Shown here: positions 26,346-38,779 of the stretch, in pieces
Position numbering within the stretch: position 1 is the stretch's first letter
Layout of the letters: every line of letters starts with the position of its first letter
From: Nymphaea colorata
Lineage: Eukaryota
Length of the DNA stretch: 64,000 bases
Assembly (NCBI RefSeq): GCF_008831285.2
Contig: NC_045138.2
Location: forward strand, 15,438,001-15,502,000
Direction: 5' to 3'
Position numbers and translations under genes: made by a program
Notes under the pieces: generated by a model
Told to the model about the DNA's origin: nothing
The model's input: the letters and a program-made list of their open reading frames with translations, nothing else
Database searches by the model: none

Positions 26346-29300
26346 GTAATTCAAAGCCCTAGTCTATCTCTCTCTTCCCTCTGTCTCTCTTTTTCATTTT
26401 ACTTTTTCTCTTTCAAGAACTTCGGTTACTTTTGCATTGCCCCTTGATTCATCGGAAGCCGCGGGGGAATCAGTAGCAGGCTATCAAACAGAGCCTTCAC
26501 TGCTAATTTTTGGTTTATGTTATATAGTATCTTACCTGAATTTATTAGTTTCTTAGTAACAGTCTTTACTTTGGGGGATGGAACCTTCCTATTTCATGTC
26601 TACCCATTACTGAACTTCTTGAAATAAATAAAACAGGTGAAGTCTGTGGAACCCTCACTTTCTTTGTGTGTTTTCTTCTTAAGAACTTCGGTCACTTTTG
26701 CGTTGAATCTGGGCATATGAAAGAGGACCGGTATTTGGGTCCTTGAGACACATTCACTGGGGAATGAATCGCTTCAAGACCCGCAAAATTATTGTTCGAA
26801 TTGGTAGAATGACAGTTAACTTAAACTAGTCCTTTTAGAAGGTTGATAATTGAATTCCTTGCTGTTTGGCAGGTAATTGATGCTTGGCACAAAAGCTGGG
26901 CTTTCTCCGGCGATTCCTTTGAACCGCATTTGAGGCTTGTTTTGAGTGAATCCGTGGGAAATGGATTGAACATTGTGATTTTTGTTGATAAAATTGCTCA
27001 ACAGCAGTCTGTTTATTTTGTTAGCGACTTTGCGCGAAAGCTGGATTAGATAGAATATGATGAGTGAGGGACAAAATTGGTGATCTATGTTGGTTATTTG
27101 CGTCATTGAACACGCTGCTGATTTTGAATGAGAGCCACTTTGACAGGTCTTCTGCTGCCCAGCTCGTTGAAGATAATAGGATTGATTATGAATGTCTTGC
27201 CACTGCTTTCTTTAGATGGAGCTAGCTAAACTGAAATATAGGTTTTGTGTATATATTTTTGCCCTTTCTGGTTACGCAGTTCACGTGGTGCCAGTGAGAA
27301 AAGAATGTGTTTCAGATGTTGAGTCCTTGTCCTGTTGGTATCTTTACCCTGTCATCTAGAAACTTTTTTGTGGTCAAGTCAGAAATTGGAGCCAAACTTG
27401 AATGGTGGAAAGAAAAAGAAAAACAAGAAAGGAGGTGTAAGGATTTCTTTTCATTCTCATCTCATGGCATTATCTCCAGGGATGCCTTTGTCATCAGTTA
27501 TATAATAAACAAGGTTTTGTAGCCCAACTCTAGCATGCCATGCATTGAATTCATGAAGTTGGTTGTGTTTTATGCTTGTTTGGAATTGTTATGGTGGCCA
27601 ACAATAATGATGTCAAAGGGAATATTATTCCACCCATAGATGCGGCTAGTTTGGTTAAGATCAACAGAAAGTGGCAAAGGTTTGAGAAGTAATCTTTTTT
27701 TTATTTGATAACATCCTAGTTTCCTTGTTTTCTTGCTGTATTTTCGCATGAAGAATGTTTTTATGTCTATTATGAAAGCCTATTTACGTGAGCTTGTGTT
27801 GCTTGATGTTGAGTATGGTAGCATGGATCTTAATATGCTAGTATCTCTAACACACTGTTATCCTAAAGGTCAAAACATGGTGTGAATATTGGTTACTTTA
27901 TTTTGCTTTTGTGGGCTTCCATGTTTTTTGGATATGTCAACTGTTACAAGCTACAACTCACATATAATTTAGAACATCAATAAGTTGAACTAGCTAGACT
28001 CCTCTGGTTGTCATGGCAATAAATTTGTCCTTACTCCTTATTCTTCTCGAAATGTAAACATATTTATCTAAATAAACCCCTTCCCTGTATGGAGAGTTCA
28101 GATAGGTAACTTGGCCAAGGGATGTTGTGAAGGTTAAGTGCAACGATAGTGATTTCGATTTTGTTTCACATGGTTAAATATCATGACTACATGATTTATC
28201 TTGCCTTTTTGTTTAGTGAAAAGTATCTTTAAGTTTTAACTCTTCATTTTTCCGTCAGAGGTTGAGTTTTTTGAGAAACTTCAATGATCTAGTTTTTACA
28301 TTCAGTCTTCATTTCAGACTCTTTCACCTTATGCATCGCTATGGTTAGGCTGTATATTTCTACATTAGTTTTTGGCTTTTTGCTGAGATTTTTCGTCATG
28401 TAAATATCTGTAGCATATCTTCTCTGAGGAGCTATATAGATAAAAGTGCTTGCTCATCTCTCACAAAAAAGCCAAGGCAGGGTTCAGGCAGGCCTATTCA
28501 ACAGAAAAAAATGAAGGAAAAGGTAAAGAGGAGAAAGAAAAAAAGTGTGGAAAGGGTCAAAGTAGGGGTTTTGAAAGAACTCCACTTCGATCAGTATACT
28601 AGTAGGTAAAGCAAGCAAAAATAATGGCTAAAATAAAAAAAAAATGCATTTGCTTGGATCTCCTATGTGCCTCAGCATAGTTCTTTAGGCAACCACCCAG
28701 CACCTAGGTGTGCTTTTAATGTGGCTGATGATTTATGGCTGCACAGTTACGCCCTCAATACCAGAAGTACATTTTGGTTTTCCTGTCCATTGAAATTGCT
28801 ACTGCAGTTATATGACTATATTGTTACCAGTTTCCAGTCAATAATGTTGCTTATGAGTTATGATTTTGAGATGAAATTTGATTTCTCATTTCTCCCAATT
28901 CTGGGATGACGCTGCCAAGTTGAGCCTTGACTTAGCCTAGGTTTTTTACCTTTCTTGTTCTTAAGTATCAGACTTGTGCTTGAATTTGGCTTGGTCAAGG
29001 TCAAGCAAGCTCAATCTTTGTGACATTTTGATGTAGTGATGTCTTGGTATGTTTGTTCGAGGAAGATTTGTATAGTGAATTTTGACAATATTTTTATGCT
29101 TGATGCGTTTCAGAAATTTAAATAAATCCGCTGTTCTTTCTGTACTTCTGTCTTGTTATTTCTTCTATTTGCTTATGATTTTCTAGGAATGCCTAATTTG
29201 TATCTCTGGTGTTCCAATTTAAGGAATATTTAGTGTTGATATTGGTTGTCACTTATGTTCTGGAAGTCGCAAGAGTATGTCCTCACTGTTTATACTTATA

Positions 29301-29674
29301 TAGCTTAATGCTAATGATTCCACTTCTGCTTTTATACTTCCAAAGTGTTATTCCTTGGAGGAAGTTGATTTGCTACTAGAACTTTGTTCTCTATCCAATC
29401 TCATGAAATTTTATATTTTTAAGCTTAAAGAGCTATGTGGCTTATTGTTTAGTTCAAAAATAGATGAAACTTGAGTGCCAATTGCATGGTCTATCTTGCA
29501 GTTGTTTCAACTGTTCCCTGATTATGTGTAAACTCTCTTTAAGAAGCTTCTGAGTTTATTTAATTTATGAGTGTCCTTGTGAGAGAGGGTAGCTTTTCAT
29601 CCTTCTTAGAAATATTCTAAGTGTTCAAACTTTCATGCAGTTAACTCTTCCAGGTGTGAAGAAAGTAATCAATA

Positions 29675-30724
29675 ATGTCAAGACCCATGGTACTGGTCTT
29701 CATGTTAATACTGTTGGTAATTACTTCACAACTTGAGTGGAAACAACCGCTTGTCAATGAGCTAGATATGAGTCCAAGTACTTCCCACAAAGATAAGCTT
29801 CTTCAAAGGAGGGAAGTTGTTAAAGAAAAGGTAAGTTGTTCACCAGCTTCATATATATATACCCTTCGTTAATCATATTACTTCTTATGTTTTTATATTA
29901 TTGTTAGTGTTGATCATGACCAAGCATAAGTAAATGTTTGCGTATTCTGGTACAGAGATAGGTGCTAAAAAATCTTTGTAGATGGTGAGGACCTAAACTT
30001 ATTCTTGTTTCAGATGAAATAACTCCTAGGCAGTACATATTTGAAATGGTCCATTTTTTATTATAGAACTTATTTTGCTTTTGGAGCTCAGACATCTATA
30101 CGTTAGTGTCGATGAATTCTCTTGTGAACTTGATATGAGGAACACTAGCTCTTGCATTGTTATTAATGATAACCTCCTTGTGTGGGTAAGTGGCTTATTC
30201 AAACCACCCATTTTGTGCTGTGAAATTATCCACTGCTAATAACGTGCTGCAAAAAGTCGGTGGTTATTTGTTTTGAAGGTTACCCACTTCAACCTCATCT
30301 TTGAAGCATTTTGGCTGTACCAGATGACGCTATTTCCTTTTTGAGACCTCATATGCATCTGCACAAATAATTTTTTGGTGTCCATTTTTGTTGTGCATTC
30401 CTGTCACTGTGAAGCTTGGTTTTGGTTGTCAAGGTTCCATGCGACAAGGATACATTATGTGGGAAAGATAACCATTGCTATCGGCTACATTTTATAGTGT
30501 ATGCCAACTAATTAATATTTTCTTGGTAATACTATTTTCCTTGACCTCTGTTGTAGGTAATCTTAACTCAAGAAAAGAGAATAAGGAAACTCAACGAGCT
30601 TGTTCGTAAACTTCAAGAAGAGTTGCAACAATGCAGAAGTAGTAAAGCTGCAAACAATGAAACTGGAATCTCTGTGCCAGAAATCTCTAGTGTGCTTGAG
30701 GAGGCAAATATTTCACAAAATTGA
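29675..30724 (+). CDS. Uncharacterised small plant protein, 107 aa: N-terminal hydrophobic segment plus coiled coil; exons 29675-29830 and 30557-30724
   Basis: MSRPMVLVFMLILLVITSQLEWKQ...EVVKEK|VILTQEKRIRKLNELVRKLQEELQQCR...SQN*. Donor AAG|GTAAGT and acceptor TGTAG|G form a phase-0 intron. From memory it resembles a conserved plant family of unknown function (ITSQxEWKQ motif). Confidence 0.85.
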
Positions 30725-32747
30725 GTTTCTCGCAGTGGTACCTTTACCTTTTGGCTGCTTATTCTCACGGTTGTCATTCTTGTAGTTGTAATTGCCATGT
30801 GAGAGTTGCGAAGGAATCTAGTAATAAGATTGTTTTGTGTTGCGTCAGCTATTTTGCTCATCGTAATCTGCTCAGAGGCCTTGTATACTATGTGGCATGT
30901 GCAACACAAGAATGCTACTTGTCAGTCAGCTTGGAGAATATATTGTAATTACACATTGTTACCATAAGAATCAAGAATATGTCAAGATTTTTCCATGATA
31001 TGTACTGCCTGTCAAGATCCCCGTCTCCCCACCACCACCCAAAAGAAAATGTTGTTTTTCTGATTTAATTCGTTGAGATTAGCGGGGTACCTTTCCCCGT
31101 TTTGAAGAAAATTGCTATATATTTGCTTTTTTAAGCAAACAATTTTGCTTGTAGGATGACTGAGGTATTGGATGGGTAACTTGGAACCGTCAAGTTCGAT
31201 CAGAACCTAACAGGTTGTTGTCCACTCTCATTGCTATGCCATGGTGACTGATATGTTTAGTTTTGCATTCAGTATTCAGAACGAGAATTGCTAGTGCGTT
31301 CTTGAAATGCATGTTCTTAGGACACATTCCAAGAATGTCATGCTCTTATTTCAGAAAGCACAGTGTGATTGGTGATATTCTTTCTAGGTATAATAATAAA
31401 ACAACAGCCACGGTTACACCATGTTGTTTGGAACAAAAACATTTGGTTCTTGAAACATGTGTCTATGAACATCCGAGAACACAATGCGGTGTTCTTTTTT
31501 ATGAAACACCCTCTTTTCTCAATCTTTGGGACTAAGTTGGACTAGTGAGTCATGATAACTCTAAAACTTATGATGTAGCACATGCCATTCTTTAATTTGA
31601 TGGCTTCGTTAATCTCTTTTTCTAAATAAATGTCTTTGTATAAGAAACTGTTTTGGCCATAGCAATAGTTTGGTAACATCCTGGTGTTTAATGGATCTGT
31701 CATGTAGTGCAACGCGGTTCCTTTTGTCAACAATGATCCTCTATCAAGTCCATTCTTTCCACGCAGTGCCTGATTATGCAAGTTCCAGATCTGAATAAAA
31801 TGAGAAAATATATTTTTTTTTATGACCATACCCAAATGGGATCTGATGAATTGGGACTAAATCATGACCCTAAATATATGTATAATACGGGACAGTCATG
31901 CATGGTTTCAATCTTAATTTATATTAAATTTAGACTACAGAAACGATGCTAAAACTAAAATCATTTGATTTCACGACCACAAAACCCACCAAGGCACCAA
32001 ATATACACTTTGATATTAGATATTGTTTAGTATATCTCGAGAAAAGTGGCGTCTGCCAATTCCTTACTTTGGTACTACCTCCAGCATGCCATAGTTACCA
32101 ATTTCTTTGCCGAACACGTATCATCTCCTTCCACTATTTCTTCGATCATCACAAATGTTATATGAACAAGTTTATCCACGGCTTAAGCCTTCTTCCTAGC
32201 TCTTAGTAGGGGATCAGCACGAACCCAGTTTAAGCTGAGCCTGAGGTGGCTGGAACTTGCTCTTACATGGCTTGGCTCAAGCTCAGCTCGAGCTCTGCTG
32301 GGTGGTTTCAAGAAAGCTCAAACCCAGCAACGTAAGAACTGAAGGATCCAAGGAAAGCTCATTACACCAAGTGTACCCGTGTGTTAAACAAGTAAAGCAA
32401 GTTCGACGTATATGACTTTGCAGCTGCATGAGCTTACTGGAGGTTTACGAATCTGAGTTTGTGTAACTCTACACTTGAACTCGACTCGGTTACTTATTCG
32501 TGTTGAATTATTGCTTCAAACCTGAACCCTTTAACAGACAGGACGGTTTTTCGTCGAGCTTATACGAGTCAATATTTTGGGAACACAGTCATAATAAAGG
32601 AGATGGACCATACTTGACGTTGCTGCTGGATGCATGAGCAAGGCTGACGTTGAAATATGTTCAGATATCTATCCTTTGTGGATGACTGTAATCTTAATGT
32701 AAGGGAACGCCCTAAAAGGAGCTACCAGATCAGGAAGTGACAGTGAT

Positions 32748-32915
32748 CAGGGGCAGAGGCAGGTGCGGGCAATTGCCCACGCAGGACTACAAAAAGTGTT
32801 TACATTCATATTAGAACTACATGCCGGTTTTTCTCATTTACATATCGCACGCCCCTTAAAATTTTAAAATTATATAATTACTACCCTTTAGCTAAAATTT
32901 TCTGTCCCGCCCCCG
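32748..32915. mobile_element. hAT-type MITE, 168 bp
   Basis: Termini CAGGGGCAGAG ... TCCCGCCCCCG (CAGGGGCGG-type TIR), flanked by acagtgat / acagtgca (6/8 match, 8-bp TSD). Confidence 0.65.
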
Positions 32916-33451
32916 ACAGTGCACACCAAGCCTGGTGTTTCAGAAAATCTCTAGATATTATGGCATTCGAATACAAAATTTCATAAAATTTCGCTAAGGA
33001 CGGTTTTTTTTTTTCGAAAATCACATTCCTTTCCAACCTTCTGGAAATTTCTGAAAAAATGTTGGTAAAGGTGCGTGAAAATGCCCTGTTCCATTGGATT
33101 GTATTAGAAAGTCAGGTTTAAATGAACCATGAAAATTTTCTGGTGGGCTTTAAATATAATACACCATATTATGGTTCTGCCTTCCTCTATAGAAGGACCG
33201 GTAAGGTTGTTCCGTATGGACCTAAAGCAGTTGCTAAATTGTTATGCATTGATATTCGTGATGCTGATGTATCTCTAACTGCCTGTATCAGCTTTCAGAC
33301 ATCTTTCTGATTATCATGGAAGATCTTCTCTTTGGCTCTCTTCTTTTTAAGTTCCTCCGACTGATAGTTTATGTTAGTGGTATGATCTTCAGGAGCTTTC
33401 AAACTAGAAGTTGGAATTTAGATTTTGGTGTTGGTATTATACACCATTCAT

Positions 33452-33564
<113 letters not shown>

Positions 33565-35462
33565 TGTGTGTTGAAATTGTTAAAAGAGATTTTTATTTAA
33601 ATGTATGTAACAGTACTTTTTGCCATTTCATTATTGATTCAGTTGAATTGTCGAATAAGTTGGTTCATCAAATCGGCAGCCTGATCAATTCGATCCAATT
33701 TCTGAATTTTTACAACACCAAGTAGGGCCAGTTCAATCTGGGGATGCCCTTATCGGTTGCTGATAATGTTGCTAAGGTATTGAAGTTTGTTTTCTTCATC
33801 TTCAGGTCTGCATCATAAGGCGTGAATCACATCTACTTTTCACCAGTAGACCAGGCACCTTGAGCATGACGCCATTTATAATGACAGGAAACTGCCAAGT
33901 TGGTGATAGTGTCATTAGACAGACCACTTGCGGTATTCTGGAAGCAGCAATGAATGTCTTTAAATTTGATACAGGTAAGGCACTTAAACCTGCCGAGCAA
34001 TTGCAGTTTAGCTACCTCTGTGTTCGAGTAATCAAATAGATGCTTATTTTTTGAAGAAATTGCTCTAATGGCTCTGCCTTCTGAGGTTGGTTCCTCTTAT
34101 AATAAGACCCAGGAGTAAAGAAATTTGCTGTTGTCATCCTTTCCATCTTTTGACACTTCAGATGGCCGGCCATGACAGTAACATTCAATGACTTTAGAAA
34201 AGAAAAAGTCCAACCACTTTAGAAAAGAAGGAAGTGTCATTAAGGAGCTAATTAAAGTAAAACCAAATAAAAGAACAACAGATTTGATCATTAATGACAG
34301 CAGACATTTCCATGTATATTTCTTTATGATCTAGAATAAGTTAGTAATACGCCAATTACACGCAGGAATATGATAAGAATTCAAGATGGGAGACAACTGC
34401 AGACGCACACCAGTTAACGAATTGACAAACTTATCAACAGATCACAAACATTCAACCAACTCCAATCTTAAAAGAATGTGGTTCAATCTAAGAGTTCTGC
34501 AAAGGTTTAAAGAATCAAAACAGATATCTTCGGTTAATAGAAAAGCAAAGCGAAGCCTTTGCCGGAAACTTCTATTGCTGAGCAACATTCAATGGCTTAA
34601 TCCAAGTTGGGGCAGCCTATCCATAGCAAGGATGAAATCAAAATATCAAGCCAGGGAAGATGATCAAACTTCCGTCACTTAAAACAAGAGATCACGATGC
34701 CTTATCAGGTAAAATTGGCTATCTTCTTTCAGGCCAAATCAATATGTGGGTGCATCTTTGTATAGTTCCACACAAGCCGAAAGTCTTCGACGAAAGGTGA
34801 TTGCGATCACTTCAAATGGATAGAAGGAAAATGTTGGTCTTTAATGGCGGATGACACATGAACATAAATAAGATGTTTACGTATCATGTACAGTAGCTTT
34901 GACTTTAAAGATGAAAGAAAGCTTACAGTTAGAACACAGAAAGATACATGCTTTTATGTCTCTTTTACTAGGCAATTTCTGTTGTCTCGTGACTATATAA
35001 GGTAATGTTCCAGGCACGTCTGCATTTTGTGATACACGCACCTGCCATTCAAAACCCTGTCCTTGAATCTGATTTGGGTGGGGAGATTTTGCCTCTTGAT
35101 CATGTTCTAACTGTAGTTTGTACCCATCAAACCTTTAATGGATGTCTTACTGAGATTAAAATCATGTCAAATCTGTGGCTTTGGTTTTCAAACTAGAACC
35201 TTTTTTTGTCCAAATTTTCTATCTTCCCGAACATTCTCACTTCTCGGTTGATCCTTCTCCCAATTCCATTAATTCCACCAGTGAAAAATCTTGATAAGCT
35301 AATTATTCTCTCTTACCAGTAGAACCAGTCATCGTTTCTCAATTTGAAGATGTATTGAAGCCTTGACTCAACAAAAGGTGGAGTATTCGGGTTAACTGCG
35401 TAACTGTAGCAATATTGCACCGAACTACATATGTGAGGAAGAGGCCGGAGCATACGGAGAAA

Positions 35463-35510
<48 letters not shown>

Positions 35511-37821
35511 TACTCACGTATGCACCCATCCTTTCAGAAAATTGAATTGGTTGAGAAGGGCAGTGTAGATGTGACATAAAAAGTTTGTTTAATAAAGAAC
35601 TTTTTCTTGGAGCATATCGTTGTCATCCATAATGATTATTTCTGTGAAAAAACAGTGGTCTGATCGAATTTGAGTCATCTGAAATGGGAAACCATCACGA
35701 TGACTTTGTGTATGAGAAGGCATGACATGAAGCTGCCTTTGGGCATTTACCTCTCTCTCTTTCTCTCTCTCTCTCTGTATATATATATATAACTCCAACT
35801 TAGTGGAGATTTGTGCTTGAAATATCTAAGATGGCATTGATTATCTTTGATCTTGAAATCCTTTGATACTGTGATCTGTAAGTTTAACATCAGAAAAATT
35901 GCACAATCCTCTCCCTTTCAATCTGCTTCGATCAGAACTAACAATGTGACATGGGAATAACTGGACTTTAGGTTAGACCTCCCTGTAGATCTTCAATTGT
36001 GGTGTGGAGCTACCTACACATCTATGCAAGTTTATGTATCATTAGACCCATGAATCTAAATTCTCAGCTTTTAAATTTATTCTATAGGATTTCAAAATGG
36101 GCACGTGTAGCTCCAGGGGCATGTGGTTGACGGTGTGAAGCTAGTCGTTGGTTTAATTCCCATGCATGTTAAGTTTCCTGCACAAGCTTAAACAGGCTTA
36201 AGCGTTGGTGAGGATGCTAACCTCAAAAGTTTTAATGCTGCGACCTGGATGTAGTTTTTTCAAGTTGAAAACTGAAAAAGAATAAAGACCATGGGCTCAT
36301 GTGTGTTTGTGTGCCCTAGAGGTGGAGTCACATATGGGCAACTGTTTTGTTATATACATAGTTGCCTTTTGGATATAGAAATTTGTGAGTGGGTGCTCCT
36401 CTAAAAACTTTCTTCTATTGTTGTGCTCACGCATGCTTGCGTGGCTTAGATAGCACTAGTGGCAGAGATATATGTGGCTGACATAAATTGTATACTTTCA
36501 TGTTAATAGTTCGTATTTCTTAATTTTTACATGTTAACTACCCCTTAGAATTTGCAATTTAAAGTGCTAATGCCACTTATTCAAATACTTCCGCTTTGCA
36601 AGTGCATGCACACACACACACACACACTCTCCCTCTCTCGCTCCTGATAGTGTTGATGTTGATGTTGTACTTGGAAGCGGCATGTTGACTGGTGAAGCCC
36701 ATACGCAGACGAACCATGACTCTATCTCCTTAGTTGGTTCCAGAATCTCAATCTCTCTGTGGGTGTATGGATGTGTGTGTGGGGTGCGCGCCCCCCGCCT
36801 TCCGCCTCCCTTTTCGATCTGTCAAACCTTTCTCACTCACTTCGCGCCTCCCAACCTTAATTTCCTCGAACTCTCTTCTGGGTCTCTTGTTATCATGAAG
36901 CAGATCTGATCGAAAGGCCATAAACCCCCAAAAAAAAGAAGAATTTCTCCCCAACTTCTTCCACTCGAAAAAAAAGGAAAGAGACAGAAAGAAAACACAG
37001 AAAGGAGAAAAGGTGGAAAAAAAAGTTGCAGAAAAGAGGCAGTCGGTGTCATTTACTGATGCACATAACTTCGCCATCAAAAGACACAATCGTTGGGGCC
37101 TTGTTAATTATGAAGATTGAAGTTGAAAGAACAAAGAGGAGGAAGGAAGAGGAGGAAGGAGAAAGGGAGGAGGAAATTATTGGTGGAACTCATGGGCAGG
37201 GCGACGTGTTGCGGTAATAGCAGGTCGACCAAATTGAGTATGGCAACAGAGAGGAGCATTTAGTGAAAGGAGGAGAAGTGCTAGGCGGAAATAAATTGGT
37301 ATTTATCATCTGACGTAATACTCTCATTATTCTCAACCGTCTCAATTACTCATGCAATAAATTGTTTTTATGGAATTTCAATCCAAAATAGTCACTCTGT
37401 TCAATGCCCCTAACTACCAAAGCCCCACACCACCACCTTCTCCCTTTCTGCTCCTGCTTTTTTTCCACCCTCATTCAAATCCTCCCCAACAAGATCTACC
37501 CACTTAACCAAAAAGATCTCATCATAATCTAGAGGAAAAAGAAATGAAAGAAAGGAAAGGAAAGGAAAGGGTGAAAGCAAGACTCTTTCTTTTCATATAT
37601 GTATGCAAAATAAGATGAAAAGGGGAGCTAACTAGAAGCATGGAACTTGCGTGCTTTAGGCCCTCATATCACATGCTATGATAGGAAAATTGGGTTTTGA
37701 GCATGAACCCATTTCACATATTTTCTAGAACTAAAACATCACCAAAAGGAAGAAGAAGAAGAAGAAAAGAGGAGAGAGCAGAGAGCATCAATATAGGAGG
37801 GCTAGCTAGCCGTGTCTTGCT

Positions 37822-38214
37822 TTAGAAATTTCTGGTCTTCTTGCTGCTATCTTGGTGGAAGTCGAGCAGACAGGTGCTCTTGCACTTTGGGCATTTGGGG
37901 TCGTCCTCAGACAGCATGACATACATCAGGCAGCGCGGGCAGCCGACCAGGACCATGGAAGTCGCCTCGGGGCTGTTGGAGTAGCGCAGCGTCTGGCCCT
38001 GCTCCGCCTCCGAGCCGGCACGGTTCTCGAGGTTGAGCTCCGAGGAGATGCATGACGACGGCGGTGACGTCCCCGAGGAAGACGACGAGAAGTAGGACGA
38101 CGGCGACGACTGCGAGTTGTTGTCGCCGCCGCCATTGCCGTCCTTTGGCGGCGAGAGGTTCAGCTTCAGGTCCAGCTTCCCGTTCATCCCCTGCTGCTTG
38201 TCCTTTCTGTTCAT
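37822..38214 (-). CDS. GIR1: GL2-interacting repressor (GIR1/GIR2)-like protein: EAR motif plus C-terminal Cys zinc ribbon, 130 aa from ATG 38214 (possible longer isoform from 38779)
   Basis: KLDLKLNLSPP (LxLxL EAR motif), SPPSSCISSE and YSNSPEATSMVLVGCPRCLMYVMLSEDDPKCPKCKSTCLLDF closely match the Arabidopsis GIR1 pattern as I recall it. Orthology to GIR1 rather than GIR2 is not established. Confidence 0.9.
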   Translation of the reverse strand: MNRKDKQQGMNGKLDLKLNLSPPKDGNGGGDNNSQSSPSSYFSSSSSGTSPPSSCISSELNLENRAGSEAEQGQTLRYSNSPEATSMVLVGCPRCLMYVMLSEDDPKCPKCKSTCLLDFHQDSSKKTRNF

Positions 38215-38584
38215 GGTGCAAGCCTGATTCTGTTTATAGTACAGGCACTCCCCCTGCGTACATAGTGGAAAATCACATAAAGAAAAAGAATCAGCATGTG
38301 ACAAACGTCTCTCTGCTGCAAACTATATGTCACAGAAACTATGCACAAGGTATTGCAAAGAACTTGCATGCATGAACACCCATGCTTTGTATATACGCTT
38401 TCTTACTGTATGGACACATAGCAGACGATCAGAACACCAAGAAAGACAGACATAAATTAGAAGAAGAAGATAGAGAAGGTGAACCTTGAAAAAGCAAGAC
38501 CGATTTAAGAAATGAAGATGGAGCTGAGAAGAAAAAGATTGACAAAAAGAAAACAAACAGAGGGGAGAGAGAAGGGGAATGAAC

Positions 38585-38779
38585 CTTGAGATCAAGGAAC
38601 CCGTGCCAGCCGAGGGGTAGAGCAGATCCCTGGTCCAATTCGACTGGCGAAGAAGAAGCAGAATTCAGATCAAATAGCTGCAAGGTGACCAGAGAAGGGC
38701 GCCGGGAGAAAGAAGAAGAAGCAGAAGAAGAGAAAGAGAATCCGGTGAGCTCGTTTCCTTGCCGGACATCTAGTGCCAT
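38585..38779 (-). CDS. Putative upstream exon of the GIR1-like gene encoding a WW-like segment (splices in frame to 38253)
   Basis: MALDV...VELDQGSALPLGWHGFLDLK|GTTCAT ... ttttccactatgtacgCAG|GECLYYKQNQ. The intron (38584-38254) is phase 0, and the join resembles the CFL1-family LPxxWEQCLDLKTGEIYY. Confidence 0.55.

Noticed and set aside
33806..33974. Exon-like open segment bounded by ttcag| and |gtaagg
   Set aside because: No recognisable protein similarity and no partner exons that I could link.
37852..38375. Several alternative-frame and antisense ORFs over the GIR1-like exon
   Set aside because: By-products of high GC content in a real coding exon.
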